Positions 20,988-30,858 of a stretch of DNA of 64,000 nt are shown here, piece after piece. The notes beneath the pieces are model-generated. The model searched no databases, had not been told where the DNA came from, and worked only from the letters and a program-made list of their open reading frames with translations. Numbering within the stretch: position 1 is the first letter of the stretch; each line of letters starts with the position of its first letter. This DNA is from Gammaproteobacteria bacterium (lineage in GTDB: Bacteria; Pseudomonadota; Gammaproteobacteria; JAKDMP01). The stretch spans positions 3,386-67,385 of the forward strand of contig JALUYA010000002.1 of NCBI GenBank assembly GCA_027018875.1, read 5' to 3'. A program made the position numbers and the translations under genes.

Positions 20988-21455
20988 TTACGTAAGTATT
21001 CGGCTGCGTTTCGTCGCTGCGGGCCGGGCGCTTGTGTCTAGGGGTTTTTTGATCAAAACCGATTCATGGCGACGGTAACCGCGGCGTTCATAAAAACCAA
21101 TGGCACCCGGGCGGCTGTCCAGAAACACCTGGAGCAGGCCGTGATTGCGGGCAACGGCTTCGGCGTATTCCAAAAGACGCCCGCCGGTGCCCTGGCCGCG
21201 GGCATCGGCGGCTACGACCAGGTCATCTATATGCAGGTGCGAACCGCGAGCGAAAGTGTGTACCTCGCGCATCCCCAGCACGCCGACAAGCTTTCGATCT
21301 TCGAACGCGCCGATGAGTTCATAACCATGGGCTGCGCTCTGTTGCCGGAGCGTCTTGCCGAAGTCTTCCCTGCTGAGCCCGGGCCGCAACTCGAGTAATA
21401 TCTGCCATGCGGCAGTCAGTTCCGCGGCGGTGATAGGACGGACCTCGGTATTCAT
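20988..21455 (-). CDS. GNAT-family N-acetyltransferase
   Basis: HIDDLVV..RGQGTGGRLL, AIGFYERRGY; ATG overlaps the purD stop. Confidence 0.85.
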   Translation of the reverse strand: MNTEVRPITAAELTAAWQILLELRPGLSREDFGKTLRQQSAAHGYELIGAFEDRKLVGVLGMREVHTFARGSHLHIDDLVVAADARGQGTGGRLLEYAEAVARNHGLLQVFLDSRPGAIGFYERRGYRRHESVLIKKPLDTSARPAATKRSRILT

Positions 21456-22738
21456 CCGGGCTTCTCGTTCAACGCCCTGTGAGCAATGTCGTGACGGTAT
21501 TGTATGCCGTCGAAGTGGATGGGCTGGAGCCCGGCGTAGGCCTTGTTCCGGGCGGTGGCAATATCCTTGCCCAATGCGGTAACGCAAAGTACGCGCCCTC
21601 CGGCCGTGAGCACCTTGCCGCCTTGTAGGGTGGTGCCGGCATGGAAAATTTTCACCCCTTCAGGCAGAGGGGTCTCCAGTCCCGTGATGGCGCGGCCCTT
21701 TTTATAGTCGCCGGGATAGCCCGCGGAGGCGAGGACCACCCCGACCGCCGCTTGGGGTTTCCAGGTTACGGCAGTGTCCTCGAGGTTACCGTGGAGCAGC
21801 GCCGTAACCAGCTCGATCAGATCCGAGTCCAGGCGCATCAGTAATGGCTGGGTTTCGGGATCGCCGAGGCGGCAATTAAATTCGAGCACGCGCGGAGTGC
21901 CCCGTGGCCCGACCATGATTCCCGCGTAGAGAAAACCGGAATAGGTGATGCCCTCCGCAGCGAGGCCGGCCAGCGTTGGTTGAATGATCTCGGCCTCGAT
22001 GCGTTGGGCCAGGGTCGAGGTGATCAGCGGTGCCGGCGAGTAGGCGCCCATGCCGCCGGTATTGGGGCCGGTATCCCCGTCACCGACGCGCTTGTGGTCT
22101 TGTGATGTTGCCAGGCAGAGATAGGTTTTGCCGTGGGCGAGAACGATGTAGCTAACCTCGTCTCCGGGAAGGTGATCCTCCACGACGATTTCCCGGCCCG
22201 CGGCACCGAAGGCTTGCCCGGACAGCATGGCGTCGGCTGTCGCCAGCGCCTGCTCCCGGGTCTCGGCAATCACGACCCCTTTGCCTGCCGCGAGGCCGTC
22301 GGCCTTGATGACCACGGGGAGTTTCCACCGTAGCAGCGCCGCCCGTGCCGCCGCGGGGTCGGTGAAACACCTCGCCCTTGCGCTCGGGATGCCGTGACGC
22401 TCGCAAAAGCGCTTAGCGTAGGCCTTTGATGCCTCGATCCGGGCCGCGGCCCGGCTGGGGCCGAAACAGGCGAGCCCCGCGGCGGCAAAGGCATCGGCTA
22501 TGCCCTCGGCCAAGGGGGCCTCGGGGCCGACGAGAGTGAGATCAATATGGTGTTCGCGGGCAAAGGCGAGTAGATTGGGAATATCGGCAGCGCCGACTGG
22601 GATGTTCTCGCAGCGCGTTTCGCAGGCGGTGCCCGCGTTGCCGGGGGCTACATAGACGCACTCAACCCGGGGCGATTGCGCGGCCTTCCAGGCCAGGGCA
22701 TGTTCGCGTCCGCCACCTCCAATCACCAGTATGCGCAT
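21452..22738 (-). CDS. purD: phosphoribosylamine-glycine ligase
   Basis: GGGGREHAL, KADGLAAGKGV, QDHKR..GPNTGGMGAYSP, EFNCRLGDPETQ. Confidence 0.97.
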   Translation of the reverse strand: MRILVIGGGGREHALAWKAAQSPRVECVYVAPGNAGTACETRCENIPVGAADIPNLLAFAREHHIDLTLVGPEAPLAEGIADAFAAAGLACFGPSRAAARIEASKAYAKRFCERHGIPSARARCFTDPAAARAALLRWKLPVVIKADGLAAGKGVVIAETREQALATADAMLSGQAFGAAGREIVVEDHLPGDEVSYIVLAHGKTYLCLATSQDHKRVGDGDTGPNTGGMGAYSPAPLITSTLAQRIEAEIIQPTLAGLAAEGITYSGFLYAGIMVGPRGTPRVLEFNCRLGDPETQPLLMRLDSDLIELVTALLHGNLEDTAVTWKPQAAVGVVLASAGYPGDYKKGRAITGLETPLPEGVKIFHAGTTLQGGKVLTAGGRVLCVTALGKDIATARNKAYAGLQPIHFDGIQYRHDIAHRALNEKPG

Positions 22739-22784
22739 GTTTGAAACCTCGTCCAACAGCGTAAAACCATAGAATACCCTGTCT

Positions 22785-23660
22785 ATGAAAATTCTTCGTG
22801 GCGTCGCCTGGTTGTCATTGCTCGCCCTCGTCCTGGCCGCGGCGACGGCGGTCGCACCGGGTCTCCCCCTTGGCTTCCCGCCACGGTTTATTTTCCTTGG
22901 TCTGGTTGCCTTCGGCGTGGGTGGCATGGCTCCGCGTGAGTCGAGCGGAGCCTGGGGGTGGATGATCCTGGTGCCCATGTGGGGCCTGTATGGAGTTGCG
23001 GCTGTCGCCGGCTGGCTACAGTCGCATGCGTTGTCGCTTGGAGTCTATCCTTTAGTCGCCAGCGTGGGGATGGCGGCGGGGTGGGTGGCCCTGGGAAGCA
23101 TTCATGCCGGGTGGGAGCACAGGCTCCTCGCGAGTGCCCTGGCCGCCTTGGCGATCGGTGGATTAGCGGTCCTTGCCGGGGTACCGGTCCGGGGGGAGTC
23201 ACGGTCGTCATATTACCCCCCCGCCTTCATGTTGCCGCGGCTCGGGGCCGGGATGGTGTCATCCCTTGCACTGCGGGGCCGGCCGGTGGTGCTTTCATTC
23301 TGGGCCAGTTGGTGTCCACCTTGCCGCGCGGAATTGCCCCGGCTCGAGGAGATCTACCGCCGCTACCATGCCCACGTTCGCTTCTTCGCCGTCGATGTGG
23401 CCACCGGGGGAGAGACCCGCACACGGGCTCGGACCTTTTTGCGGCGTCACGGGATCACCATTCCCGCGGTCTGGGATGGGTCGGGACGACTGGCACGAAT
23501 TTTTCGTACCCGGCGGGTGGTACCGGTATTGGTTCTTCTGCGGCCCGACGGCCAGGTGATCTTCGAGCATTACGGCTATCCACCCGACGGCTCTAGCCTG
23601 CGGCAACTGGGCGCGTACCTCAAGCCCTGGCTGCGGATCTCGGCAAGGCCCGAAGGCTAG
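22785..23660 (+). CDS. TlpA-family thiol-disulfide oxidoreductase with N-terminal membrane domain
   Basis: FWASWCPPCRAELP preceded by several hydrophobic segments. Confidence 0.8.
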   Translation: MKILRGVAWLSLLALVLAAATAVAPGLPLGFPPRFIFLGLVAFGVGGMAPRESSGAWGWMILVPMWGLYGVAAVAGWLQSHALSLGVYPLVASVGMAAGWVALGSIHAGWEHRLLASALAALAIGGLAVLAGVPVRGESRSSYYPPAFMLPRLGAGMVSSLALRGRPVVLSFWASWCPPCRAELPRLEEIYRRYHAHVRFFAVDVATGGETRTRARTFLRRHGITIPAVWDGSGRLARIFRTRRVVPVLVLLRPDGQVIFEHYGYPPDGSSLRQLGAYLKPWLRISARPEG

Positions 23661-23677
23661 CCCGAGGCTTAATGGGT

Positions 23678-25234
23678 TCAGTAAAATTCGTATTCGAGGC
23701 GCAATACCAGGGTGGTGCCGGCGGCGGCCTGGCTGGTGCCGAAAAGCACGAGCGCCGCGTAGCGCAGGCTTTTCCCCGGGCCGGTCGCGATGCGCCCGGT
23801 GAGTCCGGGGCCGATCAGTTGGCGGGCGTTTCCCCGGGCACCGACTTTTCCTGCCGGCTGCCCGTAGGCTTCCAATAGGGGAGAGAGGTCTTGCCGCCAG
23901 CGGTAAAGCAGGCGGGCACGGTATTCCAGTTCCACCCCTGGTTCGGCGTTATGGCCGTATTGGCGCGAACCGATCAGGTTCAGCAACACGGTAAAACGGC
24001 CGATATCCCTGCCGAGTAGCGGACCGAACTTGGCCTCGTACGGGGTATCGGCAAAGTGCGGGATTTCGATTTCGGTGAGCAGTCCGACGTCCAGCCAGGA
24101 CCGGCCTTGGGGCGTTAACTGCACTCGGTTTTCCCATTCAAATTCTTCGAGCTTGAATGGGCCTCCATAGCGCTGTGCGCCGGCGATGTAAAACTCGCTG
24201 AACCAGCGGTTGCCGAGGCCCCGTCCGAAACCCAGCTTGAATGCTCTGCGGTCGTCGCTCGAATTCTTGCCATTCCAACCGGTGTAGGCCCGGGCCTCGA
24301 TTTCGTTCTCACCGGGTGATACGGTGGGGGCATAGACGATAAAATCCTCCGCGCGTGCCGCAGGAGCGGAGACCAGGCCGAGGCCGACGAGTAGGAGTAT
24401 CGGGGCCGCCTCGGCTGCCACGCCGGGAAAACGCGGGCGGGCGGAACGTACGAGCATGAGGCCGGCGATGATGCTGAAGCTCGCAATCCATGCCAGCACC
24501 TGCATGAGCGAAGGCGCCGGCGTGTAGCCGGCCAGCGCGCCAAGGCTTCGACCGGCAAGGCTGTTGCCGGAGAGGATTCGCTCGCTGTTCCAGACCCGTT
24601 CGATCAGCGCGGGGAGGTACCCCATCTGAACGAGAAGTTCGACTCCCTGGGCGATCATGCCGGCGGCGATGAAAAGAATCAGGATGGCGCTTACCCGGAA
24701 CAGGCTTTTCATGGGGATGCGTGACAAGCCCGCGAACAACATCAAGCCGGTGGCGGCGCTGGCGGCAAGGCCGAGCACGCCCCCGACGAGAAGCGCCATG
24801 TGCTCGGTGCCGCTCGCGACGATGCCGTAGAGGAACAACGCGGTCTCCGAGCCTTCACGCAGCACCGCGAGGGTGGTTACGGTAATGAGAACGGCAAGCG
24901 ATTCCCTGCCGGCCAGCACGTCCGAGCCCAGAGTTTTGAGCTTTCCCGCCAAGTGGAGCCCTTGTTTGGCCATCCATAGGTTGTGCCCGGCAAGCATCAA
25001 CCCTGCGGCGAATAGAATCCCGACGGAGAAAATCTCCTGACCGCTGCCGCCGGCAAATTGGGAAATCTCTCCGATACCGGCAGCGACGGCGATGGCTCCG
25101 CCCGCCCCGAGCACCACTCCGAGTGTAATCCAGCGGCCGCGATGCCGCAGGCCCTTGACGGCGGCAGCGACGATGCCGATGACCAGAGCCGCCTCGAGGA
25201 TTTCGCGAAAGACGATGATGAAGCTGCCGATCAT
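23678..25234 (-). CDS. FTR1-family iron permease fused to a C-terminal putative beta-barrel
   Basis: REILE and REGSE (RExxE) motifs in a multi-TM N-half; hydrophilic C-domain ending LRLEYEFY. Confidence 0.85.
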   Translation of the reverse strand: MIGSFIIVFREILEAALVIGIVAAAVKGLRHRGRWITLGVVLGAGGAIAVAAGIGEISQFAGGSGQEIFSVGILFAAGLMLAGHNLWMAKQGLHLAGKLKTLGSDVLAGRESLAVLITVTTLAVLREGSETALFLYGIVASGTEHMALLVGGVLGLAASAATGLMLFAGLSRIPMKSLFRVSAILILFIAAGMIAQGVELLVQMGYLPALIERVWNSERILSGNSLAGRSLGALAGYTPAPSLMQVLAWIASFSIIAGLMLVRSARPRFPGVAAEAAPILLLVGLGLVSAPAARAEDFIVYAPTVSPGENEIEARAYTGWNGKNSSDDRRAFKLGFGRGLGNRWFSEFYIAGAQRYGGPFKLEEFEWENRVQLTPQGRSWLDVGLLTEIEIPHFADTPYEAKFGPLLGRDIGRFTVLLNLIGSRQYGHNAEPGVELEYRARLLYRWRQDLSPLLEAYGQPAGKVGARGNARQLIGPGLTGRIATGPGKSLRYAALVLFGTSQAAAGTTLVLRLEYEFY

Positions 25235-25605
25235 GAATGATTCTCTCCGCCGGTCTTGCCGGCGAGCGCCTTGCGGGTTGCGATGATCAGTCCCCGGGCG
25301 GGGGGGTTGAAGTCATCGAAAATCGGATATTCTCCGGGTTCGAGCGGGCCGATCCAAACCGTGATCGTCGCGCCTGGCGGCAGGATTTTCTCGCGATTCA
25401 GGGCATAGCTTTCAAATTCCGCCGGACGGGTGCGGGGGTTGCGAATCCGCAGCCGGATCCGGGTGCCCGCGGGAACCCGAAGTGAAGCAGGGTGAAACCC
25501 CTGGGTACGAATTTCGAGTGCATAGGTGGGGACTTCTCCAGTCTGCGCGGGAAACGCGGCGGAAAGTCCGAGGAGCAGGGCAAGGCCGGGCAACAATACC
25601 TTCAT
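25231..25605 (-). CDS. cupredoxin-domain periplasmic protein (FtrB/EfeO-Cup-like)
   Basis: Signal peptide; FHPASLRVPAG, AEFESYALNREK, LEPGEYPIFDDF; overlaps the FTR1 start. Confidence 0.85.
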   Translation of the reverse strand: MKVLLPGLALLLGLSAAFPAQTGEVPTYALEIRTQGFHPASLRVPAGTRIRLRIRNPRTRPAEFESYALNREKILPPGATITVWIGPLEPGEYPIFDDFNPPARGLIIATRKALAGKTGGENHS

Positions 25606-25629
25606 GGAAAGAGGGGTAGTTAATTTATT

Positions 25630-25648
25630 GCAAATGATAACGATTTGA
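25630..25648. promoter_or_regulatory. putative Fur box
   Basis: GCAAATGATAACGATTTGA, 12/19 match to GATAATGATAATCATTATC, directly upstream of the iron-uptake pair. Confidence 0.6.
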
Positions 25649-25963
25649 ATATATAAAAACAACTACTACTCTCTCGGCCCCTCATCATCGAACTTGTGAT
25701 GCTCGGTTCAGTCGGTTGCCGGCCTGGTTTTTACTTCGTATCGGCGCCTGAAAGATTTCCCCGGCGAATAAATTACGGCACCTGTTCTTTTCATACCGTT
25801 AAGGGGTAACAAGATCCGCGCCACAATGGGAAGGGCCCGTAGTTATGCGAATTTTTTGGAGTGGTGCGAAGATTCGAGTCTTCGAAGCGATTCCCGGTAT
25901 CGGGAAGGCCGGTGGATTACGAAATAGGGTTTTCCGGGCTGGTTTTATAAGTGAATTTGGTCT

Positions 25964-26863
25964 TTAGTGCCGGGAGGCCGTGTCACAGGAGTTCCCGTGG
26001 CCCCCGGTTTCGAGTTGAATGGCCGCGTGCCCAATGTCGAAGCGCTCATGCAGATTTCGGTCGATCTCGCGTAACAGGGCGTCATCGAGCTTCCCGTCGG
26101 GCTTGACCAAGTGTGCCGTGAGCGCGGTCTCGGTGGTGCTCGTGGCCCAGACATGCAGATGGTGTACGCCATCCACCCCCGGCAGGGTACACAGGTAGTT
26201 TTCCACTGCCCGCGTGTCGATACCGCCGGGAACGGCATCCAGGCTTAGATTGAAAGATTCACGCAGCAAGCCCCAGGTACTCCACAGGATGGCGAGCACA
26301 ATGACCAGGCTTAGCGCCGGATCCAGCCAGTTCCAGCCGGTGACGAGGATCCCGACACCGGCAAACACCACCCCCAGGGATACCGCGGCATCGGCGGCCA
26401 TGTGCAGGAAGGCGCCACGCAGGTTGAGGTCGTGTTTCTGGCCCTTCATGAACAGCATTGCGGTGAAGGAGTTGCCGACAACGGCGATGGCGGCCACCGC
26501 AATCACAAGGTTTTCTTCGACTCGTACCGGGGCCAGGATATGGACGATCCCGGCGTAGGCTAGGGCGCCTGAGACCAGGATCAGCAGCAATGCATTGGTG
26601 AGTGAGGCGAGAATGGTGGCGCGCCGGAACCCATAGGTACGCCGGGGTGTGGCCGGGCGCCGGGCAAGCCACATCGCGCCGCCCGCCAGTACCAGGCTCA
26701 GGATGTCCGAGAGGTTGTGTCCGGCATCGGCCAGCAGGGCGGTGGAGTTGCCAATGAATCCGGCCAGGGCTTCCCCGGCGACGATCAGGACATTGAGTCC
26801 GATCGCCAGCAGAAAGATTCGTGTCGATTGTTTGCCGGAGATATGTGAATGGGCGCCGGACAT
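25964..26863 (-). CDS. cation diffusion facilitator (CzcD/ZitB-like)
   Basis: ALLADAGHNLSD, NLRGAFLHMAAD, VHHLHVWA. Confidence 0.92.
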   Translation of the reverse strand: MSGAHSHISGKQSTRIFLLAIGLNVLIVAGEALAGFIGNSTALLADAGHNLSDILSLVLAGGAMWLARRPATPRRTYGFRRATILASLTNALLLILVSGALAYAGIVHILAPVRVEENLVIAVAAIAVVGNSFTAMLFMKGQKHDLNLRGAFLHMAADAAVSLGVVFAGVGILVTGWNWLDPALSLVIVLAILWSTWGLLRESFNLSLDAVPGGIDTRAVENYLCTLPGVDGVHHLHVWATSTTETALTAHLVKPDGKLDDALLREIDRNLHERFDIGHAAIQLETGGHGNSCDTASRH

Positions 26864-27105
26864 TCAACTTATGGAGTCGGGAAGATCGCAATCTTAGCTT
26901 CTGCGAAATGAGTTTGCAATGCGGCTGCGGTAAGGCTCGTTCCTTTCCCCCGGCCCGGGCCCGGTGCCCAGGGGTGCATTTTCCCGGGGCAGGCCGCATA
27001 ATGAGAACAATGGCGTTTACCACCCGTGTGTCGGTTATTGCTCGGTGGGTAGGTAAAGATTTTACGTAGGAGGGCAATCGGCTTGATGCCATCGAGGAGG
27101 CCGCG

Positions 27106-28611
27106 ATGAGTACCAGCCCCGGTTCCATGAGGCCGGTGCGAGAATCCGATCGGCGCCGCAGCGACCGTCGCCGGGCAGGGGTGCGAGCGGTTTTCGATCG
27201 CGACGAGCGCCGAAGTGTTCGGGGGTTTTCACTCACTCCGCCGCGTTCCGCTACCTTTATTCCGGCGTTGATCGATGTCTGTCTGGTGGGACTTGCGCTG
27301 CTCATCACCGTATATGCATACGGGACGCCGTGGCGGGAAATGTATTATCCGCCGGTGTTGCTGGCCGCGATAGTCTACCCCTCGCTCGCGGGTTATCTCG
27401 GAGTTTACTCGGTTTTGCAGGGCAGAATGCCTGCCTTGCGCCATCTGCGGATACTATTTGCCTGGATGCTGGTTATGGGCTTGTTGCTGATCCTGGCGTA
27501 TGGTGAAAAGCAGTCGGCGCTGTATCCGCGCCGCATCATGCTTACCTGGCTCGGGGTAACCCCCCTGTTGTTGATGTTGGTCGATGTGCTGCGTCAGCCC
27601 TTGTTGCGGGTATTGAGATCTCATGCCAAAGTCCGCACGGAGCGTGTCGCTGTATTCGGGTTCAACCCGCTGGCCGAACGGCTGGTGGCCTGCCTGCAGA
27701 GCCGCAACGAGGGGCGAATGGAGTTTACCGGCTATTACGATGATCGTGGCAATGAGCCGGTCGCCGCCGGGGATACCCTTGCCGGTAGTTTTGAACAATT
27801 GCTGAAAGATGTCGGGCAGGGGTATGTCAACAGCGTTTATATCGTGTTGCCGATGCGGGCCGAGCTGCGCATCCGGGAATTGCTGGAACATTTGTCCGAT
27901 ACCACCGCCTCGGTGCAATGGGTGCCGGATCTGTTTGCCTTTCGGTTGCTGCGCTCCGAATTGTCGGTGATCGATGGCATTCCCACCATTGGTCTGTTCC
28001 AAACGCCCTTCCGCGAGGTCAACGCGGTATTTAAGCGGATCGAGGATATCGTTCTGGCGAGCCTGATTCTGATCGTTATTGCCCTGCCTATGTTGGTGAT
28101 TGCCCTGTTGATCCGGTTGAATTCGCGGGGACCGGCCCTGTTTCGTCAACGGCGCTACGGAATCGATGGCCGGGCAATCGAGGTACTTAAGTTCCGCAGC
28201 ATGTCGGTGTCCGAGGATGATCCAAACACCATCGTCCAGGCGAGCCGGGATGACCCGCGGGTCACCCGGCTCGGGCGATTTCTGCGGCGCACTTCGCTCG
28301 ACGAGTTACCGCAATTTTTCAATGTGCTCGGGGGCAGCATGTCGGTGGTCGGCCCGCGCCCTCATGCCATCGCCCATAACGAGCAGTACCGGCGGTTGAT
28401 CGGCGGCTATATGTTGCGGCACAAGGTCAAGCCCGGGATCACCGGCTGGGCGCAAGTCAACGGTCTGCGCGGCGAGATCGGCGATATCAAGGAGATGCAG
28501 CAACGTATTCGCTATGATCTCGACTATATCGACCATTGGTCGTTGTTGTTCGACCTTTATATCGTGGTGCTTACCGTTTTCAAGGGCTTTGGGGGTGAAC
28601 GTGCCTACTGA
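27106..28611 (+). CDS. undecaprenyl-phosphate glucose phosphotransferase (WcaJ-like)
   Basis: KFRSM, DPRVTRLGRFLRRTSLDELPQF, VGPRPHA, KPGITGWAQVNG. Confidence 0.92.
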   Translation: MSTSPGSMRPVRESDRRRSDRRRAGVRAVFDRDERRSVRGFSLTPPRSATFIPALIDVCLVGLALLITVYAYGTPWREMYYPPVLLAAIVYPSLAGYLGVYSVLQGRMPALRHLRILFAWMLVMGLLLILAYGEKQSALYPRRIMLTWLGVTPLLLMLVDVLRQPLLRVLRSHAKVRTERVAVFGFNPLAERLVACLQSRNEGRMEFTGYYDDRGNEPVAAGDTLAGSFEQLLKDVGQGYVNSVYIVLPMRAELRIRELLEHLSDTTASVQWVPDLFAFRLLRSELSVIDGIPTIGLFQTPFREVNAVFKRIEDIVLASLILIVIALPMLVIALLIRLNSRGPALFRQRRYGIDGRAIEVLKFRSMSVSEDDPNTIVQASRDDPRVTRLGRFLRRTSLDELPQFFNVLGGSMSVVGPRPHAIAHNEQYRRLIGGYMLRHKVKPGITGWAQVNGLRGEIGDIKEMQQRIRYDLDYIDHWSLLFDLYIVVLTVFKGFGGERAY

Positions 28612-28642
28612 GCCGTTGATGTGGCGTTGAGCCTGCGTCCCG

Positions 28643-29917
28643 ATGCGCCTGCTGCTTTCGGCCTATGCCTGTGAGCCGGACCGGGGTTCCGAACCGGGAA
28701 TTGGCTGGGACTGGGCGCACGCGCTGGCCCGGGCCGGCATCGAGGTATGGGTACTTACCCGGGCCAACAACCGCGAGTGCATCGAGGCAGCACTCGCCCG
28801 TGAACCGCAGGCGGGCCTGCACTTCCTCTACTATGATCTTCCGCCCTGGTTGGGCCGGTTCAAGCGTGGCGGACGCGGCGTGCGAACCTACTACTACCTG
28901 TGGCAGGTCGGCGCGCTGGGGCGGGCGCGAAGGGCTCACCGGGAACATGGCTTCGACCTGGTGCAGCACCTGACCTTCGGCGTTTTTCGTCTGCCGAGCC
29001 TCATGGGGGCATTGGGTATTCCTTTTGTATTCGGCCCGCTGGGCGGCGGCGAGCGGGCACCCTGGCGGTTGCGCCGGGGCGGCTATGGCTGGCGGGGATG
29101 GCTGGCCGATCTTTTGCGCGACCTGGCTAATTTTGCGGTATGGCTTGATCCGCTGATGCACTACAGTTTTTCCCATGCTGCTCTGATTTACACCAAGACG
29201 GCGGCGACCCGCTCGCGCATTCCCCGTCCCTACCGGAGCAAGGTCGAAGTACAGTTGGAACTGGTCGCATCCGGGGAGAGCAAGACCGGCGATGAGTCGG
29301 TCGTCACCCCGGGGCGCCTGCGGGTTTTATTTATCGGGCGGCTGCTCTACTGGAAAGGGCCGCACCTGGCGCTGCGGGCACTGGCTCGCGCCATCCGGCA
29401 GCGGCCCGACCTGGATTTCACCCTGACCTTGGTGGGGGAGGGGCCAGCGCGCGCCCGGCTCGAGGCCTTGGCCGCATGCCTGGGGATTGAGCCGCACCTG
29501 TATTGGCAGTCGCCGGTGGCCCGGGAACGGGTTTGGTCGATCTATGGGGCACATGATGTTTTGTTGTTTCCCAGCTTGCATGATTCGAGCGGCAACGTGG
29601 TTATCGAGGCATTGTCCTGCGCTCTGCCGGTAGTGTGTTTACGTCTCGGCGGGCCGGGACAGATCGTAACCTCCGAGGTGGGGAGGGCGATCGGGCCGAT
29701 GGGCCTTGCGGACAGTGTTGCCGCGCTGGCCGCCGCGCTGGTAGAACTGGCCGACGATCCCGCGTTGTGTCGGCGCCTGGCAGCGGCGGCCCGGTGCCGG
29801 GTCGAGGCGCAATATGCCTGGCCGGTTTTGCTTGCTCGCCTGTTTGACGGGTATGATCGGGTCTTGGGGCACCGGGCGGAGGCGGTGGAAATCCATACAC
29901 CACGGAAAACGAAATGA
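28643..29917 (+). CDS. glycosyltransferase family 4
   Basis: SAYACEP..GSEPGIGW, GRLLYWKG, FPSLHDSSGNVVIEA. Confidence 0.88.
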   Translation: MRLLLSAYACEPDRGSEPGIGWDWAHALARAGIEVWVLTRANNRECIEAALAREPQAGLHFLYYDLPPWLGRFKRGGRGVRTYYYLWQVGALGRARRAHREHGFDLVQHLTFGVFRLPSLMGALGIPFVFGPLGGGERAPWRLRRGGYGWRGWLADLLRDLANFAVWLDPLMHYSFSHAALIYTKTAATRSRIPRPYRSKVEVQLELVASGESKTGDESVVTPGRLRVLFIGRLLYWKGPHLALRALARAIRQRPDLDFTLTLVGEGPARARLEALAACLGIEPHLYWQSPVARERVWSIYGAHDVLLFPSLHDSSGNVVIEALSCALPVVCLRLGGPGQIVTSEVGRAIGPMGLADSVAALAAALVELADDPALCRRLAAAARCRVEAQYAWPVLLARLFDGYDRVLGHRAEAVEIHTPRKTK

Positions 29918-30846
29918 CCGATACAGGCAACTCGAATGTTCCTCGGGTGATTGCCCAGCCGCTCAACTGGAATGCCTGGGAGGAGACTGCGGACTGTATT
30001 CGCAGCCTGTTGGCGCAGGACTATCCCAATCTCCATGTACGGGTGATCGATAATGGCTCCGATGATGATTCGGTGACCCGCCTGAGGGCGGGTTTCCCGG
30101 GACTCGACCTGGTGGAAAATGGCTGGGATCTCGGCTATGCCGCGGGACAGAATGCCGGGATCAGGCGAGCACTCGAGGAGAACGCCGATTATGTGCTGCT
30201 GCTGAACAACGACCTCAAGCTTGAGCCCGACGCCGTCTCGGAGATGGTGGCCGTGGCCGAGCGCTCGCCCGCGGTGGGGGCGGTAAGCGTGGTCATGCGC
30301 TACCGGGAGGCGGCGGACGGAATCCAGTTCTGGGGCGGAGGGCGGCTTATCTGGTGGCGAGGCAAGTTGATCAATTGTCATCGGCCCGGGGAGCGTCTCG
30401 ATTATCTTTCGGCGGCTTGCTTGTTGTTGCGGATCAAGGCGGTACGCGAGATCGGACTGTTCGATGAGCGTTTTTTCCTCTACTGGGAAGATGTCGACTA
30501 CTCGGTGCGCTTGAGCCGGGGGGGATGGCGGCTCGCGGTGGCGGATCGGGCGGGCGTGCGCCATCGGGGCTCGGCAAGCTACGGCAACCGCAGTGCCGCC
30601 CGCGATGGGTTCATCGCCGAGTCCACCGTGCGGTTTTTGCGCAAGCACCTGCGCTTTCCCTGGCCCGAGATTGTGATTTCCATCGGGCTGCGCCTGGGGC
30701 TGCGCCTGGCGCACGGTGACCGAGATTACTTTATATCCACTTGGCGCGGGGCTCGCGCAGGGTTTAAGCCACCGACTCATCTTCCCCCGCGGCCGGGGCC
30801 GGGGTTCCGGGAACGGGGCGCCGGGGACGGCAACCCGGCTTCCTGA
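29914..30846 (+). CDS. glycosyltransferase family 2
   Basis: IDNGSDD, LLLNND, FDERFFLYWEDVDY. Confidence 0.9.
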   Translation: MTDTGNSNVPRVIAQPLNWNAWEETADCIRSLLAQDYPNLHVRVIDNGSDDDSVTRLRAGFPGLDLVENGWDLGYAAGQNAGIRRALEENADYVLLLNNDLKLEPDAVSEMVAVAERSPAVGAVSVVMRYREAADGIQFWGGGRLIWWRGKLINCHRPGERLDYLSAACLLLRIKAVREIGLFDERFFLYWEDVDYSVRLSRGGWRLAVADRAGVRHRGSASYGNRSAARDGFIAESTVRFLRKHLRFPWPEIVISIGLRLGLRLAHGDRDYFISTWRGARAGFKPPTHLPPRPGPGFRERGAGDGNPAS

Positions 30847-30858
30847 GTTATCGCCGCC

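Noticed and set aside
25802-25812. AGGGGTAACAA resembling the island arm repeats
   Set aside because: Single short match far from any att site; compatible with chance.
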